Shown here one piece after another: positions 55,136 through 64,000 of a stretch of DNA of 64,000 nucleotides. Within the stretch, counting starts at the first letter, position 1. Every line of letters begins with the position of its first letter. The notes beneath the pieces are model-generated. The model saw only the letters and a list, made by a program, of their open reading frames with translations, did no database searches and was not told the origin of the DNA. The position numbers were made by a program, and so were the translations under genes. The stretch spans positions 603-64,602 of the forward strand of contig DATMBC010000080.1 of the NCBI GenBank assembly GCA_035559435.1, given 5' to 3'. The DNA is from a bacterium. Its GTDB lineage: Bacteria; Zixibacteria; MSB-5A5; WJJR01.

Positions 55136-57101
55136 GACGGCCCTCGGCGGATAAGTTGTGCTCGATTTCAGCGGCGACCGTCTGCGCGGAGACTTTGCCG
55201 CGCAGCGATTCCATGCACCGTCCCATGGCCAGCCGTCGCAACCGTGTCGGATCGCCGCCGGGACGCAGATCGCGGCGCGCGGCCTCGATCTGCAGCCGAA
55301 CGGTCGACGGCCAGTCGACGGGTGCCGTGCCGAGGCCCTCGACTGCGAGCAGTTCCGCGAGGGGTGTCGTTGGGCTAAGCGCCAGCTTGCGCACGATCAA
55401 CTCCCAGGCCTCGCGGAGCGCGGTTTGGTTCTTCATGGCCGCGAACAATTCACACCAGCGGGTTTCGGGGATGGCATCGACAGGAACGCGGGCACGCTGC
55501 AAGCCCTTGAGGCGCTCGCCGAAGAGGAAGCAGGCATCGCGCAGATCGCCGCCGGCCAGCGTGACCAGATCGACCAGATGGGCGCCGTTGCGGCGAATCA
55601 GGTAGTGAATGGTCGGTGTCGGCACGCCGGCGGCGCGGTAGCGCTCCTCGCGATCCCAGGGACGCGGCGCCAATTGACGACGCAATCGTTCGACCCGCTC
55701 GCGTGTGACGGGTGTCGGCGGGCTGTCGGTGTCGGGATACATGCGGTCCGGCCCGGGGAGGATGCGCTCGAAGTCAGTGTGCCCATCGCGGAACGGTTGG
55801 CGCGTCTCATTGGGGACCCCATCGATAGCATCGGCGTAGCGCTTCTGAATTTCCTCCGTGGCCGTCACGGTGTCGGCTTCGGACCCCCAGACGATGACGA
55901 CCGCGTCGCCGGGGTCGCAGTGCAGACGGGCGCGGAGGCGGCGCAGGTCGGCCACCGAGCCTTCATAGTCGGGCCATTTCTCATCATGGAAGAGGATCGG
56001 GATCTGGTCGAGCCCGGCGATGACGCGGATGCGTCCGGCCAGTTCCGAGGCGAAGGTCAAGTCGGGTTGGGTCGGCCAGTTGAGCGTGCCGGTCAGTCCT
56101 TTCAGACGCACCGCGCGCACGCAGAAGGGACCCGCGCCCAGTTCGAATCCGGGGCGCCGTCCGGTGGATGCCACCCACTTCTCCCACGATTCGATGCGAA
56201 ACGGCTTGAACGCGCAAGTGGAAAACAGGTCGGTCACATTGACGCTGTCGATTTTGAGGTCCTCGGGACGGCGGAATCCGCGTCTGTGCAATTCATCGCG
56301 CAGCCGCAGCAGGTTCATCTGCCGAACCGCTTCGCCGTGCACCAGCCGTACTGCCCAGTGCGCCTGCGGCACACCCTTAATCTCGACGCGCCGTCCGCCG
56401 CGCACCGAGACGTTGACATCCTGACGGCTGGCGCCGATGCCCACGCGGACATGGCCAGTGCTGCGGCAGACTCGGCCCACCAGCAGGATGGCCTCGGCCA
56501 CCTCCTCGGGCGTGCGCAGGTCGGGCCCGGTCACCGTCTCGATCAACGGCATTCCCAGGCGGTCGGTGCGCCAGACGATCAGATGGCCGCGGTCGGACAC
56601 CTCGCGGCAGGAATCCTCCTCCACGCTGACCTGCGTGATTGAGATCTCGCGGCCGCGGAAGGGGAGTCGGCCGTTGACGCCGACAATCGCCGTGCGCTGG
56701 AACCCGGTCGGGATCGAGCCGTCCAGGTACTGCTTGCGGGCAATATGCACCTCATCGACGATGTCACAGCCCAGCATCAGGCATTGCTCGATGGCAATGT
56801 CAATCGCCTGCTGGTTGACGAGGAAGGGCGGGGTGTCGTCCATCTCGTAGGTGCAGACATTCTCTTTGTGCAACAGGTAGATGATGTTCTTCTTGGTCCG
56901 GAACTCCATCAACGCGGTGCCGTCGTATTCACCGAGTTCGGAGAGGGTCGGACGCATGTGCCGCAGCACCTCGCCGTCATGGGTCTCGGTGTAGCGACCG
57001 GCGGGGCAGTGGCAAAACATCTTGCTGTCGGTCAGCAGTTGCTGGTGGACTTCCAGTCCGGCGCGGAGGCCGAGTTCCTGGTAGTCGATGATGGAAGGCA
57101 T
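55128..57101 (-). CDS. gatE: Glu-tRNA(Gln) amidotransferase subunit E (archaeal-type)
   Basis: GLEVHQQL...KMFCHCP cradle-domain start, an insertion domain and a C-terminal helical tail. 8-bp overlap with gatD. Confidence 0.8.
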   Translation of the reverse strand: MPSIIDYQELGLRAGLEVHQQLLTDSKMFCHCPAGRYTETHDGEVLRHMRPTLSELGEYDGTALMEFRTKKNIIYLLHKENVCTYEMDDTPPFLVNQQAIDIAIEQCLMLGCDIVDEVHIARKQYLDGSIPTGFQRTAIVGVNGRLPFRGREISITQVSVEEDSCREVSDRGHLIVWRTDRLGMPLIETVTGPDLRTPEEVAEAILLVGRVCRSTGHVRVGIGASRQDVNVSVRGGRRVEIKGVPQAHWAVRLVHGEAVRQMNLLRLRDELHRRGFRRPEDLKIDSVNVTDLFSTCAFKPFRIESWEKWVASTGRRPGFELGAGPFCVRAVRLKGLTGTLNWPTQPDLTFASELAGRIRVIAGLDQIPILFHDEKWPDYEGSVADLRRLRARLHCDPGDAVVIVWGSEADTVTATEEIQKRYADAIDGVPNETRQPFRDGHTDFERILPGPDRMYPDTDSPPTPVTRERVERLRRQLAPRPWDREERYRAAGVPTPTIHYLIRRNGAHLVDLVTLAGGDLRDACFLFGERLKGLQRARVPVDAIPETRWCELFAAMKNQTALREAWELIVRKLALSPTTPLAELLAVEGLGTAPVDWPSTVRLQIEAARRDLRPGGDPTRLRRLAMGRCMESLRGKVSAQTVAAEIEHNLSAEGRHG

Positions 57102-57472
57102 GCCTGACAAGTTGTCCGACCCCTTTCGATACAAAGCCGCGGAGAGAATAAGCCGGATGTGCCGCCGGGGACAGCACGCAATCAACTGCAGCGTCAAAAT
57201 CGCCGGCCAATCCGACGGTGGTATTTGAATCCTTTTTCGGCCCAAGGCAACGAGTTATGTGAACGCCGGCGCGACGATGAACGAGCTCCACCGCGATTCG
57301 GCCTCCGGGAGACCCCATTCGATCTCGCCTTCTTCGCGTCACGGCCATGTTTCTCACCGACGAACACAAAACACGATTTGGGGAATGGCGATTATATTTA
57401 TCCTGTATGCCATCCCGCCGATGGCCAAAGCTGTTCGTACCGCGATGACCAAATAAACAGGAGAGCTTTCCT

Positions 57473-59155
57473 ATGCGCGCACTTACTCTTGTCGTGTGCA
57501 TTGTCTCTGCGTCCGTGAGCGTTGCGGGGGCGGCCGTCCCCGCTCAGATCACCGTCCAGGGGCGGCTGACGGATCCCGCCGGGACCCCTCTGCCTGCCGG
57601 CGCAAAGACATTTGAATTCCGCATCTTTGATGCCGTCACTGCCGGAACTCAAGTCTGGCCGGCGGGCGGTGTCCCTGAGAGCCAGAGCATCACCAGTGCG
57701 ACCGACGGCTTATGGGTCGGGTTGATCGGCGCCGTGACACCGCTGACAGACCCGGTGTTCGCGGATACGTCGCGCTGGCTGGAGATCACGGTCGATGGGA
57801 CGACGCTGCCGCGCGTCCGGTTTGTGACTGGACCCTATGCGCACCGTGTCTCCACGGTCGACGGGGCCTCCGGCGGGACGATCACCAGCAAAGTTTCCAT
57901 CGGCCCCGGGCACATCAACAGCGGCAATCATGGGTTCGTCGCGGGCGCGTTCAATACTGTGAACGCGGAATTCGCCGCAATACCCGGCGGCACCTACAAC
58001 TACGCGACCGGAGTGGGAGCGGTGGTTGGCGGCGGCGTGAACAATCGCGCCCGCGGTTCCTATTCCGTCGTCGGCGGTGGCGGCGCCGATGGCGTCGATT
58101 CCAATGCCGCCAATGGGAATTGGTCGACCGTCTCCGGCGGGTTGCGAAATCAGACGACCGGAATCTATGCGGCCATTAGTGGAGGGCTCGCCAACAAGTC
58201 CGGGAGTCTCGCCGCTTACTCGACAATTGGCGGCGGTGGATTCAACAGCAGTGATGCGGCCTTTGGAACGGTCGGCGGCGGCTGGTTCAACATCGCCAAC
58301 GGTTTCTACTCGACCATCGGCGGCGGATCCGCCAATCGCACGTATGGCTACGGCGCGGTCGTGGCGGGCGGCGGCTCGGGTATCCCGGCCGATTCCAATG
58401 TCGCGCGCGGCAATTACTCGATGGTCCTTGGCGGGACGCGCAACGTCGCCAACGGAAACTGGTCACTGGCCGCCGGTCACCGCGCGCGCTCACTGCACAC
58501 GGCGTCCTTCGTCTGGGCCGACAGCACCAGCGCCGACTTCGCGTCCACCGGTCCAAGTCAGTTCCTCATTCGCGCCCGCGGCGGCGTCGGCATCGGCACC
58601 AATCAGCCGCAGACTGCCACCGGCGGACAGGTTCTGCACATTCTCAATCCTGTCGGCTCCTCCGTGCTTCGTCTCGACGACGGCGAGTTCAACGGAATCC
58701 AGTGGGAGATCCAATCCACCGTCTACGGCGGCATCGGCACGCTCAACCTCAGCAACATCACCGCCTTCACCAACCCATTCCAGTTTTATGGCAGCGGGGA
58801 TTTCCACGCCTCCGGCGTTATCTGCGCCGCCAATCATGCGTGTCCGTCGGACGAGCGGCTTAAGGAGGACATTCATCCCTTGTCCGGCGCGCTCGCTGGA
58901 ATCAGCCAACTGCAGGGCGTGACCTATTGCTGGAACGCGGAAGCCCGCCGAGAACAGTCCCTCCCGGCCGACCGGCAAGTCGGTCTTCTCGCGCAGAATG
59001 TGCAGAAGATCATCCCGCAGGCCGTCAGCGAACAGCCCGACGGCTACCTCGCGGTGGACTACGCCCGACTGGTACCCTTGCTCATCGAAGCAATCAAGGA
59101 ACAGCAGGGCCAAATCGAATCTCTCAAACGTCGTCTGGAACAAATTACTCAGTAG
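57473..59155 (+). CDS. Secreted tail-fibre-domain protein (YadA-head-like repeats plus S74 intramolecular chaperone domain)
   Basis: Signal peptide, conserved ~145-aa N-module, NxAxGxxSxVxGG repeats, and C-terminal S-DERLKEDI...VGLLAQNVQKIIPQAV...VDYARLVPLLIEAIKEQ. Confidence 0.75.
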   Translation: MRALTLVVCIVSASVSVAGAAVPAQITVQGRLTDPAGTPLPAGAKTFEFRIFDAVTAGTQVWPAGGVPESQSITSATDGLWVGLIGAVTPLTDPVFADTSRWLEITVDGTTLPRVRFVTGPYAHRVSTVDGASGGTITSKVSIGPGHINSGNHGFVAGAFNTVNAEFAAIPGGTYNYATGVGAVVGGGVNNRARGSYSVVGGGGADGVDSNAANGNWSTVSGGLRNQTTGIYAAISGGLANKSGSLAAYSTIGGGGFNSSDAAFGTVGGGWFNIANGFYSTIGGGSANRTYGYGAVVAGGGSGIPADSNVARGNYSMVLGGTRNVANGNWSLAAGHRARSLHTASFVWADSTSADFASTGPSQFLIRARGGVGIGTNQPQTATGGQVLHILNPVGSSVLRLDDGEFNGIQWEIQSTVYGGIGTLNLSNITAFTNPFQFYGSGDFHASGVICAANHACPSDERLKEDIHPLSGALAGISQLQGVTYCWNAEARREQSLPADRQVGLLAQNVQKIIPQAVSEQPDGYLAVDYARLVPLLIEAIKEQQGQIESLKRRLEQITQ

Positions 59156-59166
59156 GAGACATAGTC

Positions 59167-61752
59167 ATGCGCCGCGTGACACTGCTTGCCGTGATGATGT
59201 GGCTGCCGCTTGTGGCCGAAGCCGCCGTGCCCGCCTGCATTACCGTGCAGGGCAAACTCACCGACAGTCTGGGCGCGCCGTTGCCGGCGGGTCCGAAGAG
59301 TTTCGTCTTCAAGATTTTCGATGCGCCGACTCTCGGCGCGGAGGTCTGGCCCAACGGTCCCGGAGAGAATCAATCGCTGGTCAGCGACCCGTCGGGACTC
59401 TGGATTGGTCTGGTTGGCGCCGTTGTGCCGCTGACCGATGCGGTTTTCAGCGACACGTCGCGCTGGCTGGAGATCACGGTCGATGGGACGACGTTGCCGC
59501 GTGTCCGGTTAGTGACTGGACCCTATGCGCACCGTGTCGCCACGGTCGACGGGGCCTCCGGCGGGACGATCTCCAGCAAAGTCTCCATCGGCCCCGGGCA
59601 CATCAACTCCGGCGATCACGCCTTTATCGCCGGCATCGCGAACGTTACGACCGGTGACACAACGGTCGTCGCCGGAGGGACGCGCAACACTGCCAGTGGT
59701 CCGGGTGCGTCGATCATAGGAGGCGCCGACAACTCTGTCTCGGGAAGTTTCTCGATCATCGGCGGCGGATTGACCAACAGCGCCGCCGGTGTCGCCAACT
59801 TCATCGGCGGCGGCTCGGGAAACCACACAGAGAACAACAACGCGGTCATCGTCGGGGGACGTGACAATGCCGCCACTGGTTTCGGCGCCACGATCGCGGG
59901 AGGGATCAACGATTCCGCGCTGGCGTCGGCGGCCGTGGTGGGTGGCGGGGCGTTCAACTCCGCCAGGGCAGATTATGCTGCCGTCTCCGGCGGCAGGCAG
60001 AACGCGGCCTCGGGGCAATGGGCATTCGTTGGCGGTGGTTGGAGAGACTCGGCGTTGGCACGCGGTGCAACCGTCTCAGGAGGCGAAACGAATGTCGCCT
60101 CCGGCAATTGGTCCACAATCGGCGGCGGCGCGACCAACGCTGCCCCCGGACAGGGAGCAACGATCGGCGGCGGCGGCGGCAACATCGCCACTGGTCCAAA
60201 CTCCGTGATCGGCGGCGGCGAACTCAATCGCGCGGGAGCGACCGGCTCCACGATTTCAGGCGGGTACGACAGTGACGCGGACAGCGCCTACACCACCATC
60301 GGCGGCGGATACCAGAACCGCGCCCGGGCCGGATACGGCGCCATCCTGGGAGGGCGCGCCAATTTGGTCGATTACAATGGGCTCTTCGGCACGGTGAGCG
60401 GTGGCCTGTCGAATCGTGCTGTTGGGCCCGGTGCGACGGTAGCCGGTGGACGCAACTGCTTCGCCGATTCCAATGGAGCCGTTGGCGGGGGATACGCCGA
60501 CAGCGCCAAGGGGAATGGCTCTTTTGTCGGAGGCGGATTTTACAATACCGCGTCGGCGCTTCAGTCGTCCGTTGTCGGCGGGTTTTTCAATCGGGCGACC
60601 GGCTACAGCTCAACCATTGGTGGTGGAGGGTATAACAGGACTTCGGGTTGGTATTCCGTCGTTGCCGGCGGGGGCGGGTCAGGGCCGGCCGACTCCAATT
60701 CCGCCGTGGGCAACTACGCCGTCATCGGCGGCGGTTCCACCAACACCGCCGCGGGAGACTACAGCGTGGTCACCGGCGGACGGCGCAATCGCGCTGCGGC
60801 CGGCGGAGGCACAATCGCCGGCGGCTACGACAACTACGCGCAGGGAAACTATTCTACTGTCGGTGGCGGACAGGCCGATTCTGCCTTCGGCAACTTTGCC
60901 ACTATTCCCGGCGGCCAATTGAACCGGGCCGCCGGCCACAATTCCTTTGCCGCCGGCTATCTCGCGCGCGCCAATCACGACGGCGCCTTCGTCTGGGCGG
61001 ACGGGATCGGTGCCTCCTTTACTTCGACGGGCGCCAACCAGTTCCTCGTACGCGCCGGCGGCGGTGTCGGTATCAACACGTCACAACCGGAGACTCCGTT
61101 ACATGTGCTGAAGGGATCGACTCCCGTTGCGGGAAGCGCCTGGCCTTACTCCATCGCCAACTTCGAGCACGCCGACAACGGGTACATCTCGATCACGACT
61201 CCGGACATAAATGAACGGGGCATCCTGTTCGCCGATGCTTCCTCCAATGTTGACGGCGCGATTATCTACAACTCGACTATTGCCGGTGTCCCCGACGGGT
61301 TTCAGTTCCGCACCTCGGGAAATCAGGCCCGGGTGAACTTCTACTCCAACGGTGATGTCCTTGCCGTCGGCAGTATCACCGCCTGGGGCAGTGTCTGCGC
61401 CTTCAACGGCGGGGCGTGCGTTTCAGACGGACGTCTGAAGACCGAGGTTGTGCCGCTGACAAACGCGCTGGACGCCGTCGAACGGCTCCGTGGGGTCACT
61501 TACCGATGGAAGCATGATGTCCTGCCCGATCATCCGATGGCCCGGGGCGAGCAGATCGGTCTGATCGCGCAGGAAGTGAAGGAAGTCGTTCCCCAGGCGG
61601 TTACGGAGACACGCGAGGGCTTGCTCGCGATCGACTACGCGCGGTTGGTCCCGTACTTGATCGAAGGCATGAAAGAGCAACAGCGGCAAATCGACGAGCA
61701 ACGCGCGATGATCGATGAACTGCGCGAAAAGCTAAGGCTTTCAGCGCGGTAG
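59167..61752 (+). CDS. Secreted tail-fibre-domain protein, longer paralogue
   Basis: Same architecture. C-terminal S-DGRLKTEV...IGLIAQEVKEVVPQAV...IDYARLVPYLIEGMKEQ. GGAG lies 8 nt before ATG 59167. Confidence 0.75.
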   Translation: MRRVTLLAVMMWLPLVAEAAVPACITVQGKLTDSLGAPLPAGPKSFVFKIFDAPTLGAEVWPNGPGENQSLVSDPSGLWIGLVGAVVPLTDAVFSDTSRWLEITVDGTTLPRVRLVTGPYAHRVATVDGASGGTISSKVSIGPGHINSGDHAFIAGIANVTTGDTTVVAGGTRNTASGPGASIIGGADNSVSGSFSIIGGGLTNSAAGVANFIGGGSGNHTENNNAVIVGGRDNAATGFGATIAGGINDSALASAAVVGGGAFNSARADYAAVSGGRQNAASGQWAFVGGGWRDSALARGATVSGGETNVASGNWSTIGGGATNAAPGQGATIGGGGGNIATGPNSVIGGGELNRAGATGSTISGGYDSDADSAYTTIGGGYQNRARAGYGAILGGRANLVDYNGLFGTVSGGLSNRAVGPGATVAGGRNCFADSNGAVGGGYADSAKGNGSFVGGGFYNTASALQSSVVGGFFNRATGYSSTIGGGGYNRTSGWYSVVAGGGGSGPADSNSAVGNYAVIGGGSTNTAAGDYSVVTGGRRNRAAAGGGTIAGGYDNYAQGNYSTVGGGQADSAFGNFATIPGGQLNRAAGHNSFAAGYLARANHDGAFVWADGIGASFTSTGANQFLVRAGGGVGINTSQPETPLHVLKGSTPVAGSAWPYSIANFEHADNGYISITTPDINERGILFADASSNVDGAIIYNSTIAGVPDGFQFRTSGNQARVNFYSNGDVLAVGSITAWGSVCAFNGGACVSDGRLKTEVVPLTNALDAVERLRGVTYRWKHDVLPDHPMARGEQIGLIAQEVKEVVPQAVTETREGLLAIDYARLVPYLIEGMKEQQRQIDEQRAMIDELREKLRLSAR

Positions 61753-61797
61753 GCGTGGGTTGGGCAGTAGCGAGAACCGAGCGAACGGATCAATGAG

Positions 61798-62155
61798 TGG
61801 AGGCGGGGGGAATCGAACCCCCGTCCGAAAGTGCCGCGTGAAGGCCGTCTACCCGCGTAGTCGGTCGTTTGTATTCGCACCGCCGGCGCCGAGCGACAGG
61901 CTACGGCGGTGCTATCCCGGCTTGAGTTTCGCATCGGACCGGCGGGAGCGATCCGGTGCTATCCCTCATTTTCGGCCAGCGGGCCAGCCGCCGAGGGCGG
62001 GCTTCCGACCCGTGGGGCAGTCTATCCTAAGTTAGGCTGCCAGCGCATACGAGTTATCGTAGGCGTTTGTGTTGTTTCCCAAGGGTTTAGCGAGGACTCG
62101 GGGACCTCGGCGGGCAAACCTTCCTTTGGCGACTCCGTCGAAACCAGTCGCCCCC
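61798..62155 (-). ncRNA. ssrA: tmRNA (SsrA)
   Basis: 5' GGGGGCGACTGGTTTCGACGG and 3' GGACGGGGGTTCGATTCCCCCCGCCTCCA. Acceptor stem with G3-U70. Tag frame 62079-62032 encodes GNNTNAYDNSYALAA and a stop. Confidence 0.9.
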
Positions 62156-62263
62156 GGAATCCACAAACAATACGTGCTTTTTTCATACGCGGTGGGAGTT
62201 AAGATGTTTGTGGCACGTCAGTTGAAGTCGCAGTTTCTGCGCGTGCTTTTGACCGTCAAAAAC

Positions 62264-62291
62264 CAAAATCGGCTTGACAACTGTTGACTTC
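62264..62291 (+). promoter_or_regulatory. Near-consensus sigma70 promoter
   Basis: TTGACA, 16 nt spacer, TATAGT. Divergent from ssrA and 480 nt upstream of the next ATG. Confidence 0.45.
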
Positions 62292-62770
62292 GCTTTATAG
62301 TGTTATCCGGGTTTAGTGGCTCCGTGCGGTTTCGAAAACTAAAGTTGAGTTTGGCAATCCCGCGGTAGCATCAGCCCGAGTTACTTTCATTTACTTGCCC
62401 CTTCAGTCCGGGTCCTCTCCCCGGGCCGCGTGCCGGCTGGCACCACAGACGAATCGGTGGGCTTTCGAAGTCCGCCCCGAAAAGACGTTACACCAGATGA
62501 CATTAACCGGCGACACGGATACGAGTTTGTCTGCGATATCTGCCAAGACGTTAACCAGTTGAATGCAAACAACAGCCGACAAGCCATGAGCTTTGCGGTG
62601 TCGTAGGGAGGTGGTCACCACACACTAGTTTTGGGACGGAAGCGTTAAACGGAGAATCCCGGCCCGGCGTGGTTGCACCCAGCGGCCCATCCGGGGACGG
62701 GGCGAATTAAACGGCGTTCCGCCGTGGCGGAACGGCAACGTTTCAGTCAAGTTTGTTTAAGGAGACACGC

Positions 62771-64000
62771 ATGACGGGGAAGATTGTAAAGCTTGGAGTG
62801 GCCCTGGTGATCGCGGCGGCGGGTTTCAGCGCCGTGGCGGTCCAGGCGGTTGACTCCCCCGAGACTCTCGCCAAGCGGAAATGGCAGCGCGAGGTCAACC
62901 AGCGTCGCAATGTTGAATTGAAGGCCAAGCAAATGGACCTGCGCTGGACCTCGAACCGCTATATCGATGGCCGGAACTCGCTGAATCTCAGTTTTGACAA
63001 CCCGATCATCCAGGAGAGCACGGTTCCGCGCACGTCGCTGAGCTCCGGCTCGTTTGCGCCGCCGGCGCCCTCGCCTGGACTGCCGATCGCCAACACGTCT
63101 TACGACTACCAGCACAACGATTCCCAGGGCTACCAGACCGCCCGCACCTCCGGCGCGGATGTGGTCCACTTCGTCTGGATGGCCTGGAACCGCATTCCGA
63201 ACGACATCGAGCAGTTTGACCGTTTCGTGGCGTACAACTCGTACACGGTCAGCACCGCCACGCTCAACCAGGGCTTCGGCGGCGTGTTCGTCGGCTTGGG
63301 CGAGCTGGCCCGCGCCGGCTATGTCAACATGGATGTTGACGGTCTAAACTACGCGTGCGTTTCGTTGCACCAGACCGAAGATCCGAATCTCCCGTACAAC
63401 CCCTGGCACCAGTACTACGCGTTCGGCGCGGGCAATGCCACGCACCTGGACGACGGTCTGTCTGGTTACACGGCGGGCGGTTGCCCGGAAGTTCTCTGGC
63501 CGCGCAACGCCGCCGGCCGTGACGGCAACGACGCCGGCACCCGGCACCTGATCGCGCATTCGAACACCAACGACTGCCCGATCGACCTGCTGTGGTACCA
63601 TCGTTGGGACGGTTCGGCTTGGACGGGTCCGGTCATTCTCGACTCGACCGGCCAGATTTCCTACGTGATCGCCGACGACCCGAACAGCAACAAGGTCGCC
63701 GTGGGCGTGCACGTGGACAACTACGCCTCGATGAACGGCAACAACAACGTGGCGTACATTCAGTCGACGACCGACGGCGCGGGCTGGATTTCCGGTTCCG
63801 AACCCAAGGTCAAGACCGTCATCACCAACTACAACGATCCGACCGGCCCGCAGGCCTGGTTGCACATCTCGATCACGTACGACAACTCCAGCGCGTTGCA
63901 CGTGACCTGGGACGAGCAGCGGGAAGCCAACGTGAGCTCGGACATCGCGCTGCGCCACTGGAGCACCGCGCGTCCGACGATCCGTCCGATCTATCTCGGC
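62771..64000 (+). CDS. Secreted hypothetical protein, N-terminal 410 codons (runs off the window; absent from the ORF track)
   Basis: My own translation is open from ATG 62771 to base 64000. AAGGAGA lies upstream. Signal peptide MTGKIVKLGVALVIAAAGFSAVAVQA. Codon usage matches the backbone. Confidence 0.6.
   Translation, partial: MTGKIVKLGVALVIAAAGFSAVAVQAVDSPETLAKRKWQREVNQRRNVELKAKQMDLRWTSNRYIDGRNSLNLSFDNPIIQESTVPRTSLSSGSFAPPAPSPGLPIANTSYDYQHNDSQGYQTARTSGADVVHFVWMAWNRIPNDIEQFDRFVAYNSYTVSTATLNQGFGGVFVGLGELARAGYVNMDVDGLNYACVSLHQTEDPNLPYNPWHQYYAFGAGNATHLDDGLSGYTAGGCPEVLWPRNAAGRDGNDAGTRHLIAHSNTNDCPIDLLWYHRWDGSAWTGPVILDSTGQISYVIADDPNSNKVAVGVHVDNYASMNGNNNVAYIQSTTDGAGWISGSEPKVKTVITNYNDPTGPQAWLHISITYDNSSALHVTWDEQREANVSSDIALRHWSTARPTIRPIYLG

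Noticed and set aside
57102-61797. The fibre-gene pair as an island integrated into ssrA.
   Set aside because: I could not find any copy of the tmRNA 3' end (ggaggcggggggaatcgaaccccc) near 57.1-57.5 kb. There is no integrase, and GC looks like the backbone.
62298-62740. RNase P RNA or SRP RNA in the ssrA-adjacent spacer.
   Set aside because: AGTCCGGG and ACAGAC...GGCTT resemble P4 words but lie about 40 nt apart instead of about 300 nt. The GGAAAGTCCGGGC, GGTAAGGGTGAAAGGGTG and SRP GGAAGCAGC cores are absent on both strands.

Overview
High-GC bacterial chromosomal segment. tmRNA, CspA and T9SS-type C-terminal sorting domains suggest an uncultivated FCB-like lineage, which is inference only. 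The backbone is housekeeping: panB with folK and folB, class II RNR nrdJ, a K+-independent H+-pyrophosphatase, yceI, an iscS/iscA Fe-S cluster, methyltransferases, a cysteine-synthase-family enzyme, a family-5 UDG, beta-carbonic anhydrase, four exopeptidases, cspA and ssrA. Visibly AT-richer accessory patches interrupt it. (1) A 1.7-kb patch lies upstream of nrdJ, with a GIY-YIG-like gene, an unlisted 53-codon Cys-rich ORF and a duplicated NrdR-box promoter module. (2) A solitary mrr gene abuts a truncated metallophosphoesterase. (3) An intact IS3-family element has a 4-bp target duplication. (4) A 5.2-kb islet at tRNA-Arg(ACG) is bounded by an exact 50-bp direct repeat. It carries one T9SS-sorted surface protein, and its integrase has been gutted by nested IS3-family elements. 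Other notable items: an archaeal-type GatD/GatE pair in bacterial context; two tandem secreted tail-fibre-like paralogues (S74 chaperone domain) next to ssrA that share a 153-bp near-identical block; a DUF6448-like gene running in frame without a stop into a RIC di-iron gene under a TetR promoter/operator; direct repeats flanking a 961-aa dockerin-tailed protein; and an overlapping Roadblock-like gene pair. No CRISPR array or rRNA was seen. Many long ORFs in the track are antisense shadows of real genes, as expected at this GC content.
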